Both the position numbers and the translations under genes were made by a program. Shown piece after piece: positions 53,477 through 64,000 of a DNA stretch of 64,000 nt; within the stretch, counting starts at the first letter, position 1, and each line of letters opens with the position of its first letter. Source of the stretch: the human T2T-CHM13v2.0 reference genome, Homo sapiens; the NCBI RefSeq assembly GCF_009914755.1, contig NC_060948.1. One strand, given 5' to 3'. The notes under the pieces were generated by a model. It made no database searches, was not told the origin of the DNA, and saw nothing but the letters and a program-made list of their open reading frames with translations.

Positions 53477-56400
53477 ATGGAATCGAACCACAAGGAATGG
53501 ACAGGAATAGAATGGTCTCGAATTGAATGGAATCGTATGGAATGGCATCAAACGGAATGGAATGGACAGCCACGGAATGGAATGCACTCGAATGCAATGG
53601 AGTCGAAACTAATGGACTGGAATAGAATGGACTCGACTGGTACGGACTCCAATGGAATGGAATCGAATGGAAGGGAATCGAACGGAATGGACTCGAAGGG
53701 AAAAGACTGCAATGGAAAGGTCTCGAATGGAATGGAAATTAATGGAATGGAATGGAATCGAATGAAATGGAGTCAAAAGGAATGGAATCGAATGGCAAGA
53801 AATCGAATGTAATGGAATCGCAAGGAATTGATGTGAACGGAACGGAATGGAATGGAATCCAAAGGAATGGAATAGAATGGAATGGAATCGAATGGAAAGG
53901 ACTCGAATGGAAATCACTCGAATAGAATGCAATTTAATAAAATAGGATCAAATGTAATGGAATGGAATGGAAAGGAATCGAAACGAAAGGAATGGAGACA
54001 GTTGGAATGGAATAGAACAGCGAGCAATGGTATAGAATGGAATGGAATCATCTGGAATGGAATTGAATGGAATGGAATAATATGAAATGGAATGGAATGG
54101 AATGGAATGGAATGCCCTTGAATTAAATGGACTGGAATGGAATGGACTCGAACAGAGTGGAATGGAAAGTGTTGAGATAGAATGGAATGGACTCCTTTGG
54201 AAAGGTGTAGTATGCAATGCAATCGACTGGCAGGGAATCAAATGGAATGTAATCGAATGGATTGGACTGGAATGCAATGGACTCGAATAGATTGCAAACG
54301 GAATGCAAAGGAATGGAATGGAATAGTATGGAATGGAATGGAAAGGAATGGAGTGGAATAGACTAGAGTGGAATGGAATGGACTGGAAAGCAATGGACTG
54401 GAATGGATCTTTCTTGAATGGACTGGAATCAAACGGAATGGAATGCAATGCAATCAAATGGCATGGAATAAAATAGAATGAAAGAGAATCAAATGGAATT
54501 GAATCGAATGGAATCGAATGGATTGGAAAGGAATAGAATGGAATGGAATGGAATGGACTCAAATGGAATGGACTAGAATGGAATGGATTCGAATGGAAGG
54601 CAAAGGAATGGAATCTATTGGAATGGACTGTAATGGAATGGAATGGAAGGGATTGGAATGGACTCGAATGGAATGGACTGCAATAGAAAGGATTCGAATG
54701 GAATGAAAAAGAATTGAATGGAATAGAACAGAATGGAATCAAATCGAATGAAATGGAATGGAATAGAAAGGAATGGAATGAAATGGAATGGAAAGGATTC
54801 GAGTGGAATGCAATCGAATGGAATGGAATCGAACGGAATGGAATAAAATGGAAGAAAACTGGCAAGAAATGGAATCGAAATGAATGGAGTGTTATGGAAC
54901 GGACTCAAAAGGAATTGAATGTAATAGAATGGAGTGGAGTGGACTCGAATATAATGGACTGGAATGGAATGAAATCACATGGAATGGGAACGAATGGAAT
55001 GGAATGGAAAGGAATGGAATCGAATGGAAAGGAATCGAATGGAAGGGAATGAAATTGAATCAACAGGAATGGAAGGGAATAGAATAGACGGTAATGGAAT
55101 GGACTCGAATAGAATGGACACGAATGCTCAAATTGAATGGACTCGAATGGAATGGAAACGAAAGGAATGTCATCGAATGGAATTGAATCGATTGGAATGA
55201 AATCGCATAGAATGGAGTGGAATCAAATGGAATTGAATCGAAAGGAAAGGAAGCGAATGGACTGAAATGAAATGGAATGGAATTGAATGGAAAGTAATGC
55301 AATGGAATAGAATGGAACGAAATTTCACGGAATGGAATCAAACTGAATGGAATCAAATCAATGGAATCAAATCAAATGGAATGGAAAGGAATTGAATGGA
55401 GTAGATTGGATTGGATGGGATTGGAATGAAATGTACTGGAAAGGACTCGAATTTCATGAAACGGAATGGAATGAATTGGAACGGAATGGACTCGAATGGA
55501 ATGGAATGTCATGGAATGGCATCAAATGGAATGGCATCAAATGGAATGGAATCGAATGCAATGGAATGCTATGGAATGGAATGGAATGCATTGGAATGGA
55601 ATGTCCTCTAATGGAATGGATTCGAGTGGAATGGAATCGAATATAATGGAGTCGAATGAAATGGAATTGAAAGGAATGGGATCGAATACAATGGAATATA
55701 CTGGAATGTAATGTAATGAACTCGAATGTAATTGACTGGAATGGAATGTACGTGAATGGAATATAATCGAATGGAAAGTAATCCAATGGAATAGAATCTA
55801 ATGCAATAAAATCGACTCAGATAGAGTAGAATGTAATGGAAAGGAGTGCAGTGCAATGGAATGGAATGGAATGGAATGCAATTGAATGGAATGGAATGGA
55901 ATGGAATGGAATGGAATGGGATGGAATGGTATGGAATGGATAGTAATGGACTGGAGTGAAATGGACTGGAAAGGAATATACTCAAATTGAAAGGGCTCGA
56001 AAGGAATGGAGTCAAATGGAATGGTCTGGAATGGAATGAACACGAATGTAATGCAATCCAATAGAATGGAATCGAATGGCATGGAATATAAAGAAATGGA
56101 ATCGGAGAGAATGGAAACAAATGGAAAGGAAATGAATGGAATGGAATTGAATGGAATGGGAACGAATGGAGTGAAATTGTATGCAGTAGAAGGGAATAGA
56201 ATGGAATGCAAGCGAAAGGAAAGGAATGGATTGGAATGGAATGGAATTCATTGGAATGGAAGGGAATGTAGTGTAATGGACAGGCCTGGAATAAAGTGGA
56301 ATGCTACGGTCTCGAATGGAATAAAAATGTATGGAATGGAATGCAATGAAATGGAATCGAATGTCATAGAATGTAATGGAATGCAACAAAATGGAATCCA

Positions 56401-57035
56401 ATATCATTGACTGGAAAGGCTGGGTGTCGAAAGGAATTGACTCCAATGGAATGGAATCGAATGGAATGGAAGTGAATAGAATCGAACTAAATCGAATGGA
56501 ATGGAATTGATAGGAACGGAATGGAAAGGAATGCAATGATTTGGCATGGAATGGAATCGAATGGCATCGAATGGAATGGAATGGAATGCAATGGAATGGA
56601 ATGTATTAGAATGTAATGAACTTTAATGGAATGTACTCGAATGGATTCGACTGGAATGGAATGTTCTGGAAGTGAATGGACTCCAATGGAATGGATTCAA
56701 AAGGAATGGAATCGTACGGAATGGAATCTAATGGAATGGAATTAAATGGAAATGAATCAAATTGAATAGCACGGAATTGAATTGAATGGAATGGAATGCA
56801 ATGGAATCTAATGAAACGGAAAGGAAAGGAATGGAATGGAATGGAATGGGCTGGAATGGAAAGGAATCGAAACGAATGGAATGGAATCGAACTGAAGAGA
56901 CTGGAATGGAATGCACTGGAATGGAAGGGAGTGTAATGGAAGGTTCTCGAAAAAAATGGAATCGAATGGAATGGAATTGAATGGAACGGAATAGAGTCGA
57001 ATGGAATTGAATGGAATGGAATGGACTAGAGTGAA
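53477..57035 (+). repeat. DYZ1 unit U16 (3559 bp)
   Basis: U11/U13-like markers plus many private substitutions. Confidence 0.93.
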
Positions 57036-60000
57036 ATGGAATCGAACCACAAGGAATGGAGATGAATAGAATGGTCTCGAATTGAATGGAATCGTATGGA
57101 ATGGCATCAAACGGAATGGAATGGACAGCCACGGAATGGAATGCACTCGAATGCAATGGAGTCGAAACTAATGGACTGGAATAGAATGGACTCGACTGGT
57201 ACGGACTCCAATGGAATGGAATCGAATGGAAGGGAATCGAACGGAATGGACTCGAAGGGAAAAGACTGCAATGGAAAGGTCTCGAATGGAATGGAAATTA
57301 ATGGAATGGAATGGAATCGAATGAAATGGAGTCAAAAGGAATGGAATCGAATGGCAAGAAATCGAATGTAATGGAATCGCAAGGAATTGATGTGAACGGA
57401 ACGGAATGGAATGGAATCCAAAGGAATGGAATAGAATGGAATGGAATCGAATGGAAAGGACTCGAATGGAAATCACTCGAATAGAATGCAATTTAATAAA
57501 ATAGGATCAAATGTAATGGAATGGAATGGAAAGGAATCGAAACGAAAGGAATGGAGACAGATGGAATGGAATGGAACAGAGAGCAATGGTATAGAATGGA
57601 ATGGAATCATCTGGAATGGAATTGAATGGAATGGAATAATATGAAATGGAATGGAATGGAATGGAATGGAATGCCCTTGAATTAAATGGACTGGAATGGA
57701 ATGGACTCGAACAGAGTGGAATGGAAAGTGTTGAGATAGAATGGAATGGACTCCTTTGGAATGGTCTAGTATGCAATGCAATCGACTGTCAGGGAATCAA
57801 AAGGAATGTAATCGAATGGATTGGACTGGAATGCAATGGACTCGAATAGATTGGAAACGGAATGCAAAGGAATGGAATGGAATAGTATGGAATGGAATGG
57901 AAAGGAATGGAGTGGAATAGACTAGAGTGGAATGGAATGGACTGGAAAGCAATGGACTGGAATGGAACTTTCTTGAATGGACTGGAATCAAACGGAATGG
58001 AATGCAATGCAATCAAATGGCATGGAATAAAATAGAATGAAAGAGAATCAAATGGAATTGAATCGAATGGAATCGAATGGATTGTAAAGGAATAGAATGG
58101 AATGGAATGGAATTGACTCAAATGGAATGGACTAGAATGGAATGGATTCGAATGGAAGGCAAAGGAATGGAATCTATTGGAATGGACTGTAATGGAATGG
58201 AATGGAAGGGATTGGAATGGACTCGAATGGAATGGACTGCAATAGAAAGGATTCGAATGGAATGAAAAAGAATTGAATGGAATAGAACAGAATGGAATCA
58301 AATCGAATGAAATGGAATGGAATAGAAAGGAATGGAATGAAATGGAATGGAAAGGATTCGAATGGAATGCAATCGAATGGAATGGAATCGAACGGAATGG
58401 AATAAAATGGAAGAAAACTGGCAAGAAATGGAATCGAAATGAATGGAGTGTTATGGAACGGACTCAAAAGGAATTGAATGTAATAGAATGGAGTGGAGTG
58501 GACTCGAATATAATGGACTGGAATGGAATGAAATCACATGGAATGGGAACGAATGGAATGGAATGGAAAGGAATGGAATCGAATGGAAAGGAATCGAATG
58601 GAAGGGAATGAAATTGAATCAACAGGAATGGAAGGGAATAGAATAGACGGTAATGGAATGGACTCGAATAGAATGGACACGAATGCTCAAATTGAATGGA
58701 TTCGAATGGAATGGAAACGAAAGGAATGTCATCGAATGGAATTGAATCGATTGGAATGAAATCGCATAGAATGGAGTGGAATCAAATGGAATTGAATCGA
58801 AAGGAAAGGAAGCGAATGGACTGAAATGAAATGGAATGGAATTGAATGGAAAGTAATGCAATGGAATAGAATGGAACGAAATTTCACGGAATGGAATCAA
58901 ACTGAATGGAATCAAATCAATGGAATCTAATCAAATGGAATGGAAAGGAATTGAATGGAGTAGATTGGATTGGATGGGATTGGAATGAAATGTACTGGAA
59001 AGGACTCGAATTTCATGAAACGGAATGGAATGAATTGGAACGGAATGGACTCGAATGGAATGGAATGTCATGGAATGGCATCGAATGGAATGGCATCAAA
59101 TGGAATGGAATCGAATGCAATGGAATGTTATGGAATGGAATGGAATGCATTGGAATGGAATGTCCTCTAATGGAATGGATTCGAGTGGAATGGAATCGAA
59201 TATAATGGAGTCGAATGAAATGGAATTGAAAGGAATGGGATCGAATAGAATGGAATATACTGGAATGTAATGTAATGAACACGAATGTAATTGACTGGAA
59301 TGGAATGTACATGAATGGAAGGTAATCGAATGGAAAGTAATCCAATGGAATAGAATCTAATGCAATAAAACCGAATCAGATAGAGTAGAATGTAATGGAA
59401 TGGAGTGCAGTGCAATGGAATGGAATGGAATTGAATGCAATGGAATGGAATGGAATGGAATGGAATGGAATGGAATGGAATGGTATGGAATGGATAGTAA
59501 TGGACTGGAGTGAAATGGACTGGAAAGGAATGGACTCAAATTGAAAGGGCTCGAAAGGAATGGAGTCAAATGGAATGGTCTGGAATGGAATGAACACGAA
59601 TGTAATGCAATCCAATAGAATGGAATCGAATGGCATGGAATATAAAGAAATGGAATCGAAGAGAATGGAAACAAATGGAATGGAATTGAATGGAATGGAA
59701 TTGAATGGAATGGGAACGAATGGAGTGAAATTGTATGAAGTAGAAGGGAATAGAATGGAATGCAAGCGAAAGGAAAGGAATGGATTGGAATGGAATGGAA
59801 TTCATTGGAATGGAAGGGAATGTAGTGTAATGGACAGGCCTGGAATAAAGTGGAATGCTACGGTCTCGAATGGAATAAAAATGTATGGAATGGAATGCAA
59901 TGAAACGGAATCGAATGTCATAGAATGTAATGGAATGCAACACAATGGAATCCAAAATCATTGACTGGAAAGGCTGGGTGTCGAAAGGAATTGACTCCAA

Positions 60001-60589
60001 TGGAATGGAATCGAATGGAATGGAAGTGAATAGAATCGAACTAAATCGAATGGAATGGAATTGATAGGAACGGAATGGAAAGGAATGCAATGATTTGGCA
60101 TGGAATGGAATCGAATGGCATCGAATGGAATGGAATGGAATGCAATGGAATGGAATGTATTAGAATGTAATGAACTTTAATGGAATGTACTCGAATGGAT
60201 TCGACTGGAATGGAATGTTCTGGAAGTGAATGGACTCCAATGGAATGGATTCAAAAGGAATGGAATCGTACGGAATGGAATCTAATGGAATGGAATTAAA
60301 TGGAAATGAATCAAATTGAATAGCACGGAATTGAATTGAATGGAATGGAATGCAATGGAATCTAATGAAACGGAAAGGAAAGGAATGGAATGGAATGGAA
60401 TGGGCTGGAATGGAAAGGAATCGAAACGAATGGAATGGAATCGAACTGAAGAGACTGGAATGGAATGCACTGGAATGGAAGGGAGTGTAATGGAAGGTTC
60501 TCGAAAATAATGGAATCGAATGGAATGGAATTGAATGGAACGGAATAGAGTCGAATGGAATTGAATGGAATGGAATGGACTAGAGTGAA
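57036..60589 (+). repeat. DYZ1 unit U17 (3554 bp)
   Basis: U15-like markers; GGAGATGAAT variant at ~57058. Confidence 0.93.
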
Positions 60590-63500
60590 ATGGAATCGAA
60601 CCACAAGGAATGGACAGGAATAGAATGGTCTCGAATTGAATGGAATCGTATGGAATGGCATCAAACGGAATGGAATGGACAGCCACGGAATGGAATGCAC
60701 TCGAATGCAATGGAGTCGAAACTAATGGACTGGAATAGAATGGACTCGACTGGTACGGACTCCAATGGAATGGAATCGAATGGAAGGGAATCGAACGGAA
60801 TGGACTCGAAGGGAAAAGACTGCAATGGAAAGGTCTCGAATGGAATGGAAATTAATGGAATGGAATGGAATCGAATGAAATGGAGTCAAAAGGAATGGAA
60901 TCGAATGGCAAGAAATCGAATGTAATGGAATCGCAAGGAATTGATGTGAACGGAACGGAATGGAATGGAATCCAAAGGAATGGAATAGAATGGAATGGAA
61001 TCGAATGGAAAGGACTCGAATGGAAATCACTCGAATAGAATGCAATTTAATAAAATAGGATCAAATGTAATGGAATGGAATGGAAAGGAATCGAAACGAA
61101 AGGAATGGAGACAGATGGAATGGAATGGAACAGAGAGCAATGGTATAGAATGGAATGGAATCATCTGGAATGGAATTGAATGGAATGGAATAATATGAAA
61201 TGGAATGGAATGGAATGGAATGGAATGCCCTTGAATTAAATGGACTGGAATGGAATGGACTCGAACAGAGTGGAATGGAAAGTGTTGAGATAGAATGGAA
61301 TGGACTCCTTTGGAATGGTCTAGTATGCAATGCAATCGACTGTCAGGGAATCAAAAGGAATGAAATCGAATGGATTGGACTGGAATGCAATGGACTCGAA
61401 TAGATTGGAAACGGAATGCAAAGGAATGGAATGGAATAGTATGGAATGGAATGGAAAGGAATGGAGTGGAATAGACTAGAGTGGAATGGAATGGACTGGA
61501 AAGCAATGGACTGGAATGGAACTTTCTTGGATGGACTGGAATCAAACGGAATGGAATGCAATGCAATCAAATGGCATGGAATAAAATAGAATGAAAGAGA
61601 ATCAAATGGAATTGAATCGAATGGAATCGAATGGATTGTAAAGGAATAGAATGGAATGGAATGGAATTGACTCAAATGGAATGGACTAGAATGGAATGGA
61701 TTCGAATGGAAGGCAAAGGAATGGAATCTATTGGAATGGACTGTAATGGAATGGAATGGAAGGGATTGGAATGGACTCGAATGGAATGGACTGCAATAGA
61801 AAGGATTCGAATGGAATGAAAAAGAATTGAATGGAATAGAACAGAATGGAATCAAATCGAATGAAATGGAATGGAATAGAAAGGAATGGAATGAAATGGA
61901 ATGGAAAGGATTCGAGTGGAATGCAATCGAATGGAATGGAATCGAACGGAATGGAATAAAATGGAAGAAAACTGGCAAGAAATGGAATCGAAATGAATGG
62001 AGTGTTATGGAACGGACTCAAAAGGAATTGAATGTAATAGAATGGAGTGGAGTGGACTCGAATATAATGGACTGGAATGGAATGAAATCACATGGAATGG
62101 GAACGAATGGAATGGAATGGAAAGGAATGGAATCGAATGGAAAGGAATCGAATGGAAGGGAATGAAATTGAATCAACAGGAATGGAAGGGAATAGAATAG
62201 ACGGTAATGGAATGGACTCGAATAGAATGGACACGAATGCTCAAATTGAATGGATTCGAATGGAATGGAAACGAAAGGAATGTCATCGAATGGAATTGAA
62301 TCGATTGGAATGAAATCGCATAGAATGGAGTGGAATCAAATGGAATTGAATCGAAAGGAAAGGAAGCGAATGGACTGAAATGAAATGGAATGGAATTGAA
62401 TGGAAAGTAATGCAATGGAATAGAATGGAACGAAATTTCACGGAATGGAATCAAACTGAATGGAATCAAATCAATGGAATCTAATCAAATGGAATGGAAA
62501 GGAATTGAATGGAGTAGATTGGATTGGATGGGATTGGAATGAAATGTACTGGAAAGGACTCGAATTTCATGAAACGGAATGGAATGAATTGGAACGGAAT
62601 GGACTCGAATGGAATGGAATGTCATGGAATGGCATCGAATGGAATGGCATCAAATGGAATGGAATCGAATGCAATGGAATGTTATGGAATGGAATGGAAT
62701 GCATTGGAATGGAATGTCCTCTAATGGAATGGATTCGAGTGGAATGGAATCGAATATAATGGAGTCGAATGAAATGGAATTGAAAGGAATGGGATCGAAT
62801 AGAATGGAATATACTGGAATGTAATGTAATGAACACGAATGTAATTGACTGGAATGGAATGTACATGAATGGAAGGTAATCGAATGGAAAGTAATCCAAT
62901 GGAATAGAATCTAATGCAATAAAACCGAATCAGATAGAGTAGAATGTAATGGAATGGAGTGCAGTGCAATGGAATGGAATGGAATTGAATGCAATGGAAT
63001 GGAATGGAATGGAATGGAATGGAATGGAATGGAATGGAATGGAATGGTATGGAATGGATAGTAATGGACTGGAGTGAAATGGACTGGAAAGGAATGGACT
63101 CAAATTGAAAGGGCTCGAAAGGAATGGAGTCAAATGGAATGGTCTGGAATGGAATGAACACGAATGAAATGCAATCCAATAGAATGGAATCGAATGGCAT
63201 GGAATATAAAGAAATGGAATCGAAGAGAATGGAAACAAATGGAATGGAATTGAATGGAATGGAATTGAATGGAATGGGAACGAATGGAGTGAAATTGTAT
63301 GCAGTAGAAGGGAATAGAATGGAATGCAAGCGAAAGGAAAGGAATGGATTGGAATGGAATGGAATTCATTGGAATGGAAGGGAATGTAGTGTAATGGACA
63401 GGCCTGGAATAAAGTGGAATGCTACGGTCTCGAATGGAATAAAAATGTATGGAATGGAATGCAATGAAACGGAATCGAATGTCATAGAATGTAATGGAAT

Positions 63501-64000
63501 GCAACAAAATGGAATCCAAAATCATTGACTGGAAAGGCTGGGTGTCGAAAGGAATTGACTCCAATGGAATGGAATAGAATGGAATGGAAGTGAATAGAAT
63601 CGAACTAAATCGAATGGAATGGAATTGATAGGAACGGAATGGAAAGGAATGCAATGATTTGGCATGGAATGGAATCGAATGGCATCGAATGGAATGGAAT
63701 GGAATGGAATGCAATGGAATGGAATGTATTAGAATGTAATGAACTTTAATGGAATGTACTCGAATGGATTCGACTGGAATGGAATGTTCTGGAAGTGAAT
63801 GGACTCCAATGGAATGGATTCAAAAGGAATGGAATTGTACGGAATGGAATCTAATGGAATGGAATTAAATGGAAATGAATCAAATTGAATAGCACGGAAT
63901 TGAATTGAATGGAATGGAATGCAATGGAATCTAATGAAACGGAAAGGAAAGGAATGGAATGGAATGGAATGGGCTGGAATGGAAAGGAATCGAAACGAAT
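60590..64000 (+). repeat. DYZ1 unit U18 (partial, truncated by window end)
   Basis: Closest to U15 at offset 10677. Confidence 0.92.

Larger units (their letters stand above)
1..64000 (+). repeat. DYZ1: Human satellite III (HSat3) DYZ1 tandem array, Yq12-type; diverged (GGAAT)n pentamer organised in ~3.56 kb units
   Basis: GGAAT and single-substitution variants (CGAAT, GGACT, GCAAT, TGAAT, CAAAT) run throughout. The landmark ATGGAATCGAACCACAAGG (variant in U3) recurs at 78, 3647, 7225, 10779, 14333, 17887, 21446, 24990, 28534, 32098, 35627, 39196, 42770, 46339, 49913, 53477, 57036 and 60590 (spacing 3529-3578). There is one conserved GGCC per unit, matching the classical male-specific 3.4-3.6 kb HaeIII repeat. 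The array runs off both ends of the window. Confidence 0.97.

Noticed and set aside
78-63714. Hundreds of six-frame ORFs (MEWNG-type on +, IPFHS-type on -), up to 313 aa
   Set aside because: (GGAAT)n and (CATTC)n contain no stop codon in any frame and translate to 5-aa periodic peptides. The ORFs overlap in all frames and open or close with single satellite variants, with no domain or gene structure.
1-64000. CRISPR-like or other repeat-spacer array
   Set aside because: There are no unique spacers; the less regular stretches recur near-identically every 3.56 kb, and there are no cas-like genes.
1-64000. DYZ2 (HSat1B) AT-rich/Alu blocks, alpha satellite, L1 or Alu insertions
   Set aside because: No departure from the pentamer-derived sequence anywhere: no poly-A tail, target-site duplication, Alu core or 171-bp monomer was seen.
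1-64000. HSat2, or HSat3 subfamilies carrying the CAACCCGAGT motif
   Set aside because: I did not see the HSat2 (CATTCGATTC with ATGATG-type) pattern or CAACCCGAGT/ACTCGGGTTG motifs; the period and landmarks fit DYZ1.

Overview
The whole 64 kb window is one uninterrupted, single-orientation tandem array of human satellite III, (GGAAT)n on the + strand and (CATTC)n on the - strand. It is organised as about 18 head-to-tail copies of a ~3.56 kb unit. The unit size, the single HaeIII/StuI and EcoRI sites per unit, and the unit-specific sequence (CCTGTCCATTACACTACATTCCC... on the - strand) identify it as DYZ1 (HSat3A6), the Y-chromosome Yq12 heterochromatin repeat. I see no protein-coding gene, RNA gene, transposon, Alu/DYZ2 block, CRISPR array or inversion; all listed ORFs are translation artefacts of the pentamer. 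I cannot support a new gene-based system here. The noteworthy structure lies inside the satellite. (1) Each unit has three sites that form perfect in-register nGAAn-nTTCn-nGAAn heat-shock elements, with a few copies disrupted. (2) Unit length is fully explained by one hypervariable pure (GGAAT)n tract plus a few 5/10/15-bp indels and one 1-bp deletion. (3) Diagnostic variants split the array into local sub-families with monomer, dimer (7143 bp) and trimer (~10.65-10.68 kb) duplication periods and chimeric junction units. Units U1-U18 are anchored arbitrarily at the ATGGAATCGAACCACAAGG landmark. All comparisons were made by eye and should be confirmed by alignment.
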